Assembly (NCBI GenBank): GCA_900128395.1
Contig: LT649311.1
Span: 1 to 39,667, forward strand
Source: Stramenopiles sp. TOSAG23-2
Taxonomy: Eukaryota
Direction: 5' to 3'
DNA: 39,667 nucleotides
Numbering within the stretch: position 1 is the first letter of the stretch; each line of letters opens with the position of its first letter. The translations under genes and the position numbers were made by a program. The notes under the pieces are model-generated. The model saw only the letters and a program-made list of their open reading frames with translations, was not told where the DNA came from and made no database searches. Below, piece after piece: positions 30,579-39,667 of the stretch.

Positions 30579-30831
30579 AAAAAAGATATTGTGAAATATA
30601 TATATATATATATATATAATAAGATCTGAATGAGATGTATTAAATAAGAGAAGGAGAGATATTTTTGTAAAATAAATTAAAATTAAAATTAAAATCGTAT
30701 TTTGAGATAAAAAAAATAAATTTTACACACACGCACACTGATCACTGATTTTAAAGAATATAAAAGTTTAATGCACTAAAATTAAATGTTATGTTTTATT
30801 AATATTTTAATATTTTAATATTTTAATAATT

Positions 30832-31698
30832 CTATGAATACACTCCTATGTAACGAAACATATAGGTCTTACTGTCACCTGTACTTGGTGCTGAACGAAA
30901 CTTTGCATCTCCAGCAGTTCGTTGATTTTCATATCGCATAAATAAATCTTCATTAAAATCTAATTTTTTTCGTAATTTATAACCAGCTTTTGATCCAATT
31001 GTTTTGATATCCCATGATTTATAAAATGGGGTCGTGCGCAAAGATATATGTATTTCAGATTTAGAATTTACCAAAAGCTTTTTTGAAGCTTTGAAAAATT
31101 TAAATAACATGGATTGATTAGCAAGAACATCGCTAGGCGTTGATCCCCCGATATGCGGAAAGTTAAAAATTATACGATTGAACTTAGTATTCCAGTCATA
31201 TATATCTAATTGGGTTGCGTCGATACTATGTATTACATTTGCACCAGAGGCTTTTAATGATGCTATGGTGCCACTTGCCTTTTCATATTTTTTACATACT
31301 ATACCAAAACTATCATACGTGGTTGCAGTCAACTTTGTTCCACTCAACGCAGTAGCTAAAGATAAACTAAAGGATAAGTCACCATCACCAACAACAAGAA
31401 TAGACTGGCGGTCGGAATAAGGACCTAAAAATTGTGGATTTGGATTCGCTTTGTACGCAGTCGTAATTTTTCTAGTTGACGATGAGCCAGAAGAAGAAGA
31501 GGAGGAAGACGACGAAGATGACGGCAATTTCTTAATATTGCTACTTGTTGTTGAATTTATAGACGCAGCATCTTGTTGAGGTGCAAAAAATTGATTAAAT
31601 AAATATTGGCTATCATCAACAACTGTTAATTTTTTTTTCTTATTATTACTTGGTTTGTAATTATTCTTACGTTTTTTACCACCTTTCTTCCTTCCCAT
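30832..31698 (-). CDS. BMT5-like 25S rRNA (uridine-N3)-methyltransferase domain protein (DUF2431)
   Basis: ILVVGDGDLSFSLSL, LTATTYDS, IDATQL, FNRIIFNFPHIGG, NQSMLFKFF and YKSWDI. The ATG is at 31698 (MGRKKGGK); the ORF track start upstream is non-ATG and runs through a (TG)n repeat. Confidence 0.88.
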   Translation of the reverse strand: MGRKKGGKKRKNNYKPSNNKKKKLTVVDDSQYLFNQFFAPQQDAASINSTTSSNIKKLPSSSSSSSSSSSGSSSTRKITTAYKANPNPQFLGPYSDRQSILVVGDGDLSFSLSLATALSGTKLTATTYDSFGIVCKKYEKASGTIASLKASGANVIHSIDATQLDIYDWNTKFNRIIFNFPHIGGSTPSDVLANQSMLFKFFKASKKLLVNSKSEIHISLRTTPFYKSWDIKTIGSKAGYKLRKKLDFNEDLFMRYENQRTAGDAKFRSAPSTGDSKTYMFRYIGVYS

Positions 31699-32128
31699 TT
31701 TGGTAATATTACCACCAAAACACACACACACACACACAAGGTATATTATGTCGTAAACTTTTTTTTAATTGAATTATGTGGATATAATAAGATCAACGAT
31801 AATCAAATAGATCATTTATTTCTTCTATACTTGCATGATTTTGGAATGATGAATTATTATTTTTGTATTGCACAACTGTGCAACTATTGCCAGGATTGCA
31901 CAAATACATACATATTATTATATATATACTATAAAATATAGTGGATGATATAGCAGCGAACAACTAGCTCTACTGGTAGCCTACCTGATATAATAATGCT
32001 GTGTCGTTGTAGCGGCATATTAAGGTATTATAAGGTTCAATAATAATAAGGAAAAAAAAAGAAAAAAAGTCAAAAACAAAACTTTAACTTCATTCATCAA
32101 AAAAAAAAAAAATTATCATTATTATTGA

Positions 32129-32782
32129 TTACCATGTGAAGCTTGACTTGCCTTTGAAACTCGCTTTACTTTCACTTTGCTTGTCAACACTTGAATTATC
32201 ACTTTCATCATTATTGATACCAAGTTTGATTCCTAATTCTGGATGTGCTTTTGCTATTTTTGCTAATGCTTTCGGATCATCCACTTTGACAGGTTTTTCT
32301 TTCCTATCTTTTTCCGTCTCACCTGGTGCTAAACCTAATTTTGTTAAATCGATTTCTTCATTATCATCTTCGAACAATTTAGCCCAAAATCCTTTTAATT
32401 GCATTGGCTTTGGTATATGTATCAACAAGATCGCCCCCTCGTCATTTCTTGTGATTGACCATACAGAATCATGCTTATTTACTTTATACGGAAATGTATT
32501 ATTAATAAGTTCCATACCTTGTAATAATAATTTTATTGATTTTTCATTAATGTCACACTTAATATACGACGCTTTCACGCTAGCTGGCAATGTAACGTGA
32601 ATTGTCACATCATCCACCGTTTGCGTCCAGTAAAAATACACGTAGTTTTTCTTTGGATTAATGTGGATATGTTCACGTGTTGAGCCACCATCGACTGGTT
32701 GAATTGTTATTATTTTAATTTCTTTTTTCGTTTCTTTTTTTCCATCAGTTATTTTTTTTTTCCCATCTTTCACAATCTCCAT
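32129..32782 (-). CDS. CS-domain (NudC/p23-like) co-chaperone
   Basis: YWTQTVDDVTIHVTLP...IKCDI...YKVNKHDSVWSI...LLIHIPK...FWAKLFE...EIDL. Confidence 0.85.
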   Translation of the reverse strand: MEIVKDGKKKITDGKKETKKEIKIITIQPVDGGSTREHIHINPKKNYVYFYWTQTVDDVTIHVTLPASVKASYIKCDINEKSIKLLLQGMELINNTFPYKVNKHDSVWSITRNDEGAILLIHIPKPMQLKGFWAKLFEDDNEEIDLTKLGLAPGETEKDRKEKPVKVDDPKALAKIAKAHPELGIKLGINNDESDNSSVDKQSESKASFKGKSSFTW

Positions 32783-33316
32783 CTTTTACTTCTATAATTT
32801 AATATATTGTTCGTTTACGTATATTATGTGCTATTTTTTATGTATTGATTCAATTGTGTCTACATATATATATATTGTATACGTATCTACATACATTTCA
32901 CAACAACAAATATAAATAATAATATCACAACTTTTTGAAAAAAAAGCAATTACAGGTTGTTTGTTTAATTTATTATTGCCAGATTGCTGGATTGCCACCA
33001 GAGAGAGATTGCCAGATTGCAACTACATTTTGATATATTTTACGATGCTATTTACCTACTATAATAAATATTAAGGATAATAAATTCAGCTCAAATTTCA
33101 AAATTAATCATGATGATGAAGGTGGTGGTGTGATGAGAGGAACCCTAATACTTCTTCTTTTTTTTTTTTTATTATTATTAGACTATTTTTTTTTAAACTA
33201 ATATATTATTAAAATACATATACAGAAAGAGGATATACATGAGAGAAAATGTAAAAGACAATATAATATTTGTAAGAGAAAGAGAGAGACGTACGAGAGA
33301 ATAAATATACTCTATA

Positions 33317-35195
33317 ATGATGACGAGAATAAAATCAATAAAATCCACCATTGCATTTGTAATATGTAGTATTGCAATTGTCAATAATATTCAAACAACA
33401 AATGCTTGTACGAACTATTTAATTACTCCCGATGCTACGACTGACGGGTCTGCTTTTATTTCATATGCTGCAGATAGTGGTTCTTTGTATGGAACATTGG
33501 GCTTTTACCCAGCTGGAGATCATCCATCAACTGCAAGGCGTGAATGTTATGATTGGGACTCTGGTAATTACTTAGGATCCATACCAGAAGCAGCGCATAC
33601 GTATAATGTTGTTGGTAATGTTAACGAGCATCAGTTAACAATCACGGAAACAACATTTGGAGGACTTGGTCAGTTTAGCTCGCAAAAAGGTGCTATTATT
33701 GACTATGGATCATTAATTTGGATTACTTTGCAACGTGCAAAAACTGCTCAAGAAGCAATCACAGTAATGGATGAATTAATGCAAAAATACGGCTATGCGT
33801 CAGATGGTGAATCCTTCTCAATTGGTGATCCAAATGAAGTCTGGATTATGGAAGTTATGTCAAAAGGTGAAGGAGAATTAGGAAGTGTTTGGGTAGCTCA
33901 AAAAATACCAGACGGTTATGTTTCTGGGCATGCAAATCAAGCACGTATCAGAACATTCATACAAAACGATCCTTCCACAAGTCGTTTTGCACATGATGTG
34001 ATTGATTTTGCAAGAAAAAAGAACTTATACAATGGAACTGATGCTGAATTTAGTTTTTCAGATACGTATGATCCTGTTTCTTTTGTAAGTGCGCGCATGT
34101 GTGAAGCAAGAGTTTGGAATATGTTTCGTCAAGTTGCAGCTGAAAGTGATTTTGAAAATGAATACTTAGATTATGTTAAAGGAGAAAATTTAACAAACAG
34201 GATGCCTTTATATATTAAACCAAAGGAAAAAATCTCACTGAACGATACTTTTTGGTTTATGCGTGGACACTATGAAAATACATATTTCGATATGAGTGTG
34301 GATGTTGGGGCCGGGCCGTTTCAAAGTATCTACAGGGTAAGTATTGTATCGATATATTTATTCTCATATATTCATCTAATCATATCTAACACCAATATTA
34401 TATATATATATATATATACTACCACAGGCAAGACCGTTGATATGGAAAGATGAAGTAACTGGAAAATCATATCATAATGAACGGCCAATTGGTGTTCAAC
34501 AAACCGCATGGCATTTAACATCACAAATGAGAAAATTTTTACCAGATCCAATTGGTACTATCTTATGGTTTGGTGTTGATGATACTGCACATTCTGTCCA
34601 TGTTCCTTTCTACAATTCTGTTAGTCGTGTATCAAAAGCATGGGCTGATGAAGGTATACAACATGTTGATGACACATCCGCATCATTAAAAGTTGACTTT
34701 GGAAAAGCATGGTGGATGTTTAACATTGTTGCCAATTATGCATATTCAAGGTACAATGCTATTTCTCCTGTTGTGCAAAATGAGATTGTTGCAATTGAAA
34801 GCAAATATTTTGAAGAAACAGAGAAAATCGAAAAAAAAGCTTTAGCATTGATTAATGATGGAAAAACAGAGGAAGCGGTTGAATTGTTAACAAAATTTAG
34901 TGAAGATGCTGGTGATGATATTGTTACATATTGGTTGGAATTTTGGAAATCATTATTTTTCACATTCAGAGATTGGATGAATACTAGCCCACCAGCGGAA
35001 CAGCCACAAGGTAGTAAAAATAAACCATGGCCTGATACAAAACAAGAAGGTTATACATGGGGAAAATGGAGAAATATTATAGCATCTGAAACTGGAACAC
35101 ATTATGAAATGCCTGCAACTAGTGGCAATGATGCAACAAGGATGGAAATGTTATCGCAACAAAAGTTAAAAAGATTATCACGAAAAGGTTTGTAG
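33317..35195 (+). CDS. Secreted peptidase family C69 (dipeptidase A/secernin-like Ntn hydrolase); exons 33317-34336 and 34428-35195 (595 aa)
   Basis: Signal peptide followed by A|CTNYLIT (N-terminal nucleophile Cys), GNVNEHQLTITETTFGG, IDYGSLIWITLQRAKTA, GESFSIGDPNEVWIME, HANQARI and ERPIGVQQT. The 91-nt intron restores the frame (YR|ARPLIW). Confidence 0.92.
34337..34427 (+). other. Spliceosomal intron (91 nt)
   Basis: GTAAGT donor, TCTAAC branch point, (TA)n and CCACAG acceptor; joins the two C69 ORFs in frame. Confidence 0.92.
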
Positions 35196-35524
35196 AGGAT
35201 AGATGTGTGTGTGCGCGCGCGTGTGTGTAAAAGGAAGTGTAATGCATACGAATATTTAATATAAACATTTGTGATTTAAAAAAAATAAAATCGTACGAAC
35301 CCGTGTATGCATATTTTTTTAAAATGTAACTGCTTCTTGTTCTTTTTTTAAATACATATCATAATATTATCATATGATATCATATATAATCATATATCAT
35401 ATTTTAATAAATGTACACGCGTATTTTAATTTTTTATTCCTACCCATAACAATTCCTATGATACTCTCCTTGGGAATACAGTGCTTTAATATTCTTTCAT
35501 TTTTTACTTTAAATAAAGAATTAT

Positions 35525-38500
35525 CTAATGTGCTGTGCTTGGTCTTGTACGACGACGACTACCTCTACTGCCCATCATATTGCCACTATTACTACCACCA
35601 GTAACCATCCATTTCCATAAAATTCTACTTGGTGTCGGTACTGGACCAATTTGGATCAATTCTACTTTAGGATCAAACTCTTTACCATTACCACCAGAAG
35701 AACCTCTTTTTGATGTTCCTTTCTTCCTTCCAGCTCTTCTTGCTTTCAATTTTTCCGCTGCCGTCTTCGGTTTTATTAATCCTTTAAAGGTATTTTTCGC
35801 TTTCAAAACGGTTAATGATGGCAATGCTTGCTCACGAGCATCTTTTTCTTTGACCAATGTTTCTTTGCCATATTTATTTTTAACAGTCGGAATCTTGGCA
35901 AAATTCCGGCGATAACCCAACACACCTACAGTTTTCACTGCATTCGATGGATCTGCTTTAGCACACGCAACGAATAGTTGGACAAATCCTTCAAAATCCA
36001 AATTCAATGCTGTTGGTGTAGATGGCAATCTCAAATCATTCGAGCTACGACTACTGGTACCAGAACGCATACTACTAGCCCTACTAACACTGCGTTGTCT
36101 ATCACCACGAATACCACTACTAGTACTTGGCCTTCTCCTGCTGTTAGGTCTACTGCTATTTGCACTGCCTCTATATACTTCGCGTCTCATCATTGGATTA
36201 GTGCCTTGGTTACCATCAAGAGCTTTTAAACCAAGCTTCGGACCGCGTCCACGAGCTTTTAGTAACTGTTTTTCTAATAATTTCAAAGCATTTGCGTCAA
36301 ACTTCTCATAAAGCTTCCGGAGTACATTCAATGCTTGACTATTTAAATCTAAATCAGAATTGATTTGTGAGCCGCTCGTTTGCACACCACTTCTTTCATT
36401 CAAACTCTGTTCTCTGGATGAGAGTGTTGGTGTAGGTGGTGGCGGTTTAAAAGGTGTATAACCAAAATTGATAATATTATCATCACTTTTGCTATTCTTC
36501 GTCGAGGCAAAACTACGACTGTTACCACTAAGTGCAGTAGTACTATTGCTGTTGTTCAACACACTAAAACGGACCCAATCTGCACTAGGAGCATGGTACA
36601 TGCGTGGAACTTGATCCTTTGCAACAATCTTGCGTGAACGTGAGCCTGGTGCACGAATAGGCACGCGCCCAATCCAAGGCGCCGTTTTTATTAAAAACTC
36701 TGCACCTTCTGGAATTAATGGTACAAGATCATCTCCATCACCACCGACGCGCCTTCGTCCTTTTCCGCCTTTATCGCCTTTCTCACCAGTTTGCTTTAAA
36801 TTTTTAGAAGGACGATTTTGAATGATCTTGGCTTTATGCGCATAATTCAACGTACTTAATGTCTCAGCCATTTCTCTATGATTTGGCGATACGGTTAAAA
36901 TCAGCGTTGTGACACTATTTCCACCTAAACTTTCTTGCAACAATTGAGTTAACTTGCTATCGCGATATGGAACATGTTGCGCACCTTCCGTACGAGCCTT
37001 TATCACACGCCCTAATGCTAATAAACCTTGATTAATATTTCTAGCTTCTTTGAAACGTGTACCGACACTACCACTTCGCCCAATATTTTCTGAACCACTT
37101 AAATCTACTAAATTTAAACGACCCGTTCTTAAAATCCCTGTCCTTTCCCCATTTTCATCTCTTTCATTGATGCTGACATTGATGCTAAAGATCGCATGGG
37201 AACGTGATGAAAATTTATTACAAAGCGTTTCCGCCGTTGCTCTTTTCTTTATACTATGATCTAAAATTTCGAAAATTTCATCAGGTGATTTTACTGGAAT
37301 AGTAGTCAAGTTCATCACCTCCATCCCTTTATCATCCGTTTTACGTATTCGTAATTTGTGAGCCTGTTCATATGCAACTTGTTCGAGCCTATCTAAAAAT
37401 TCTTGCTCGCCATCTGTTTTCAAGGACATGCGGCTGCTAGAGTTAATCAATTTCTTACGGGCTTTACCATGTTTACTGGTATCTAACTTGATGACTACAC
37501 CACGTTTTGCTGCTGCATCAACCAAGGCTTGCGATGTTGTTATATTCTCTGTAGCAAGACGGGCTGATAATGTATTTCGCAATTCATCAGGTGCTAATAA
37601 ATCTGTCAATTGCTCTTGGTATATCTCTAAATGCGAGACGCTAACATTCCAATCACGCGAATCCACTGTCGACAATAAGATTTCAAAAATTGTGTAAACG
37701 CTCCTTGGAATTATTCCAGATAGATCCGATTGTTCCATCTTACCCTCCATAGTATATGTTTTCCCTGTCCCGGTTTGACCATACGCAAAAACAGTTACGT
37801 TGTAACCATCTAAAGCGGCTAAAACAGATGGTCGCACACTTTCTTCAAAAATTTCCATTTGGTTAGCATTTCGATTAAATACCCTTTCAAATTTAAATGT
37901 TTGCTCCGATTGTTCCTCCCGCAATGGTATTACTGTACAATCTTTTCGAGTGCAAACAACAACATCTTTGACGCCTGCTAAAACTTCTTTCTCAAACAAG
38001 GGCCTACAACGTAAAATTACTTTTACATTCATTGCTGCACCGCCATTTGCATTTGTACCACCACCTGCAAATGTGCTGAGAGATCCAGTATTGGACATGA
38101 TTGACATTGCTAATGAATTAGCTCGCGATCTACCATCACCAACACTAGCATTGCTGTTACCTAAACCTTCATAATTATTTTCACTTTCCGAATCAGACAT
38201 TTCCATTTTATTTAATTCGCTTAATTCGCCTGCTCTTACAGCATCCTCCCGTATTCTTTTCCTCTCTTCCGGTGGATAACGGCTAAAGTTGCGCAAATCT
38301 TTCCCGGTCGTTAACCAACCAGGAGGCAAAACTTTCCTTACTTTCAGGGATGCGTGTAGAAAGGCATAAATACCGTTACCGACTTTTGGTAACATCATCA
38401 TTGGATGTTTTAATAGGCCCCGCGAATTAATAACTTTTTGATTTTTACTTGTTAAACGTGTTTCAATAGGTGCAAAGCTTGTCATACCACGAGAAGTTAA

Positions 38501-39667
38501 AGGCGTTAAAAAAGTTTTCATTTCGTCAACAGCTATTTCGAATCTTTTTGGAATAGCTAAATGTGCTAATCCAAAGCCTGGTATATCTAAGGTATCTTCA
38601 ACGCCTGGAAGTGGAAAAATGGACGGCGCATCAAAATTGCATGAAATCATGATATCAAATACTTCAACTTGTTTTTTGCTGTAATGGGTTGGCACTGCAT
38701 ACAAACGATGTGCAGCTGATGGCAAGGTGCATAAAACATCTAAATTGGACATAAACGCATCATCGGAATCTACCCTAGACGCTTTTGTGCGATGTAATCC
38801 AATAACATCGCAATATAATAACCCACCACCAATTTGTACTCTTTCTACAACTGGTTCTATTTCAAATTTAACTTTTTTTTTCCTAGCTTGCGCTGGTATA
38901 TTTGGCATAGTACTCCGTCTACCCAATTTCTTTTTGCTGGATGGCGAGGCTTGTTTATTCTTCAAAAAATCTAAGCGATCTTGATCATCTTTTTTCACCT
39001 TTATGGTCCTCATTTCATATAAATCTACACCAATAATTACTTTTGGTTTCTCATACACGTCACTGAAAACAACCGTAACATCACATGGCTGAGCGTAACC
39101 AGTACCTTTTGTCATTAAATGCATCCCATCAACTTCGGAGGCAAATTCACTCACCTGTTCCCATAATTCATTTTCTGGTGGTATTTTACAAATAGTACGT
39201 TGCATTCCAGATAAATGGGAATTAGCCCCGGGGACGGACAAATCTATTAGATTCCCACTTAACATTTTCACCTTCCATATACGAGACCATTTATCTTCTA
39301 ATTTATTTTTTTTACTATTATTACTATTTTGACTATTAGTGGAGTCTTGGTTTAATTTATATTTTCTGGATGATGCTAATGATTCCATCAAACTACTAGG
39401 TTGGCTTAAATCTATGTTGACAATGGATGACCCACCCCCATCCACAATACCTCTATTACTATTTTTATTATTTATTACAAGTTCTTGATAAAATTCGCGA
39501 TTTGTTTCCAAGTAAAATACATGATGATGTGAAGTGACATGCAATCCACGCGGTTCACTTAAACTGGATAGCAATGTATGCACCTGCTTTGTTTTCGTAT
39601 CTAAAAAGCAAATTCTCCCATTATATTGCCATTCATCTCCTTCTTCTAGCCAATATACGCGATGTAC
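35525..39667 (-). CDS. Kinesin (kinesin-5/BimC-like motor at about 36815-38030) with long N-terminal extension; 5' end outside the window
   Basis: NVKVILRCRP, FAYGQTGTGKTYTMEG, LEIYQEQLTDLL, SSRSHAIF, LNLVDLSGSENIGRSG and HVPYRDSKLTQLLQESLGG. The frame stays open from 39583 to the window edge (VHRVYWLEEGDEWQYNGRICFLDTKTKQV). Confidence 0.92.
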   Translation of the reverse strand, partial: VHRVYWLEEGDEWQYNGRICFLDTKTKQVHTLLSSLSEPRGLHVTSHHHVFYLETNREFYQELVINNKNSNRGIVDGGGSSIVNIDLSQPSSLMESLASSRKYKLNQDSTNSQNSNNSKKNKLEDKWSRIWKVKMLSGNLIDLSVPGANSHLSGMQRTICKIPPENELWEQVSEFASEVDGMHLMTKGTGYAQPCDVTVVFSDVYEKPKVIIGVDLYEMRTIKVKKDDQDRLDFLKNKQASPSSKKKLGRRSTMPNIPAQARKKKVKFEIEPVVERVQIGGGLLYCDVIGLHRTKASRVDSDDAFMSNLDVLCTLPSAAHRLYAVPTHYSKKQVEVFDIMISCNFDAPSIFPLPGVEDTLDIPGFGLAHLAIPKRFEIAVDEMKTFLTPLTSRGMTSFAPIETRLTSKNQKVINSRGLLKHPMMMLPKVGNGIYAFLHASLKVRKVLPPGWLTTGKDLRNFSRYPPEERKRIREDAVRAGELSELNKMEMSDSESENNYEGLGNSNASVGDGRSRANSLAMSIMSNTGSLSTFAGGGTNANGGAAMNVKVILRCRPLFEKEVLAGVKDVVVCTRKDCTVIPLREEQSEQTFKFERVFNRNANQMEIFEESVRPSVLAALDGYNVTVFAYGQTGTGKTYTMEGKMEQSDLSGIIPRSVYTIFEILLSTVDSRDWNVSVSHLEIYQEQLTDLLAPDELRNTLSARLATENITTSQALVDAAAKRGVVIKLDTSKHGKARKKLINSSSRMSLKTDGEQEFLDRLEQVAYEQAHKLRIRKTDDKGMEVMNLTTIPVKSPDEIFEILDHSIKKRATAETLCNKFSSRSHAIFSINVSINERDENGERTGILRTGRLNLVDLSGSENIGRSGSVGTRFKEARNINQGLLALGRVIKARTEGAQHVPYRDSKLTQLLQESLGGNSVTTLILTVSPNHREMAETLSTLNYAHKAKIIQNRPSKNLKQTGEKGDKGGKGRRRVGGDGDDLVPLIPEGAEFLIKTAPWIGRVPIRAPGSRSRKIVAKDQVPRMYHAPSADWVRFSVLNNSNSTTALSGNSRSFASTKNSKSDDNIINFGYTPFKPPPPTPTLSSREQSLNERSGVQTSGSQINSDLDLNSQALNVLRKLYEKFDANALKLLEKQLLKARGRGPKLGLKALDGNQGTNPMMRREVYRGSANSSRPNSRRRPSTSSGIRGDRQRSVSRASSMRSGTSSRSSNDLRLPSTPTALNLDFEGFVQLFVACAKADPSNAVKTVGVLGYRRNFAKIPTVKNKYGKETLVKEKDAREQALPSLTVLKAKNTFKGLIKPKTAAEKLKARRAGRKKGTSKRGSSGGNGKEFDPKVELIQIGPVPTPSRILWKWMVTGGSNSGNMMGSRGSRRRTRPSTAH

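Noticed and set aside
26873-31698. Functional cluster of NIFK, uridine kinase and BMT5-like (RNA/uridine theme)
   Set aside because: Mixed orientations and an intervening orphan; adjacency of housekeeping genes in a compact eukaryotic genome is expected by chance.
35535-38984. Plus-strand ORFs within the kinesin gene
   Set aside because: Antisense shadows with no motifs.
1-39667. Prokaryotic defence system, prophage, transposase or alternative genetic code
   Set aside because: The DNA is eukaryotic, no such proteins were recognised, and conserved genes translate fully in the standard code using TAA, TAG and TGA as stops.

Overview
AT-rich, gene-dense and intron-poor eukaryotic nuclear DNA in the standard genetic code. 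It has GT-AG introns with CTAAC branch points, (TA)n/(CA)n microsatellites and poly-Asn tracts. The gene content suggests a protist, plausibly a stramenopile, but this is inference only. About 20 protein-coding genes are present: a WW protein, GT25 glycosyltransferase, group XII-like PLA2, a large USP53/54-like protein, a SAM methyltransferase, HCF101-like protein, PQ-loop and EamA transporters, DUF218, NIFK/Nop15, uridine kinase, BMT5-like, a CS-domain protein, a C69 dipeptidase, a 5'-truncated kinesin and several orphans. I recognised no rRNA, tRNA, CRISPR or transposase. The most notable features are: (1) two nearly identical introns flanking a 29-nt micro-exon in the PLA2 gene, suggesting introner-like recent intron copying; (2) a CaaX-ending protein that appears to fuse two catalytically dead deubiquitinase folds (herpes-tegument/VTD-like and USP53/54-like) with B-box inserts; (3) a kinesin-5-like motor between a probable beta-propeller and a split EF-hand-like module; (4) a +1 frame break at ACA-TGA-A in an IQ-motif gene; (5) a ~285-bp direct repeat. 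All family calls come from motif recognition by eye, not database searches.
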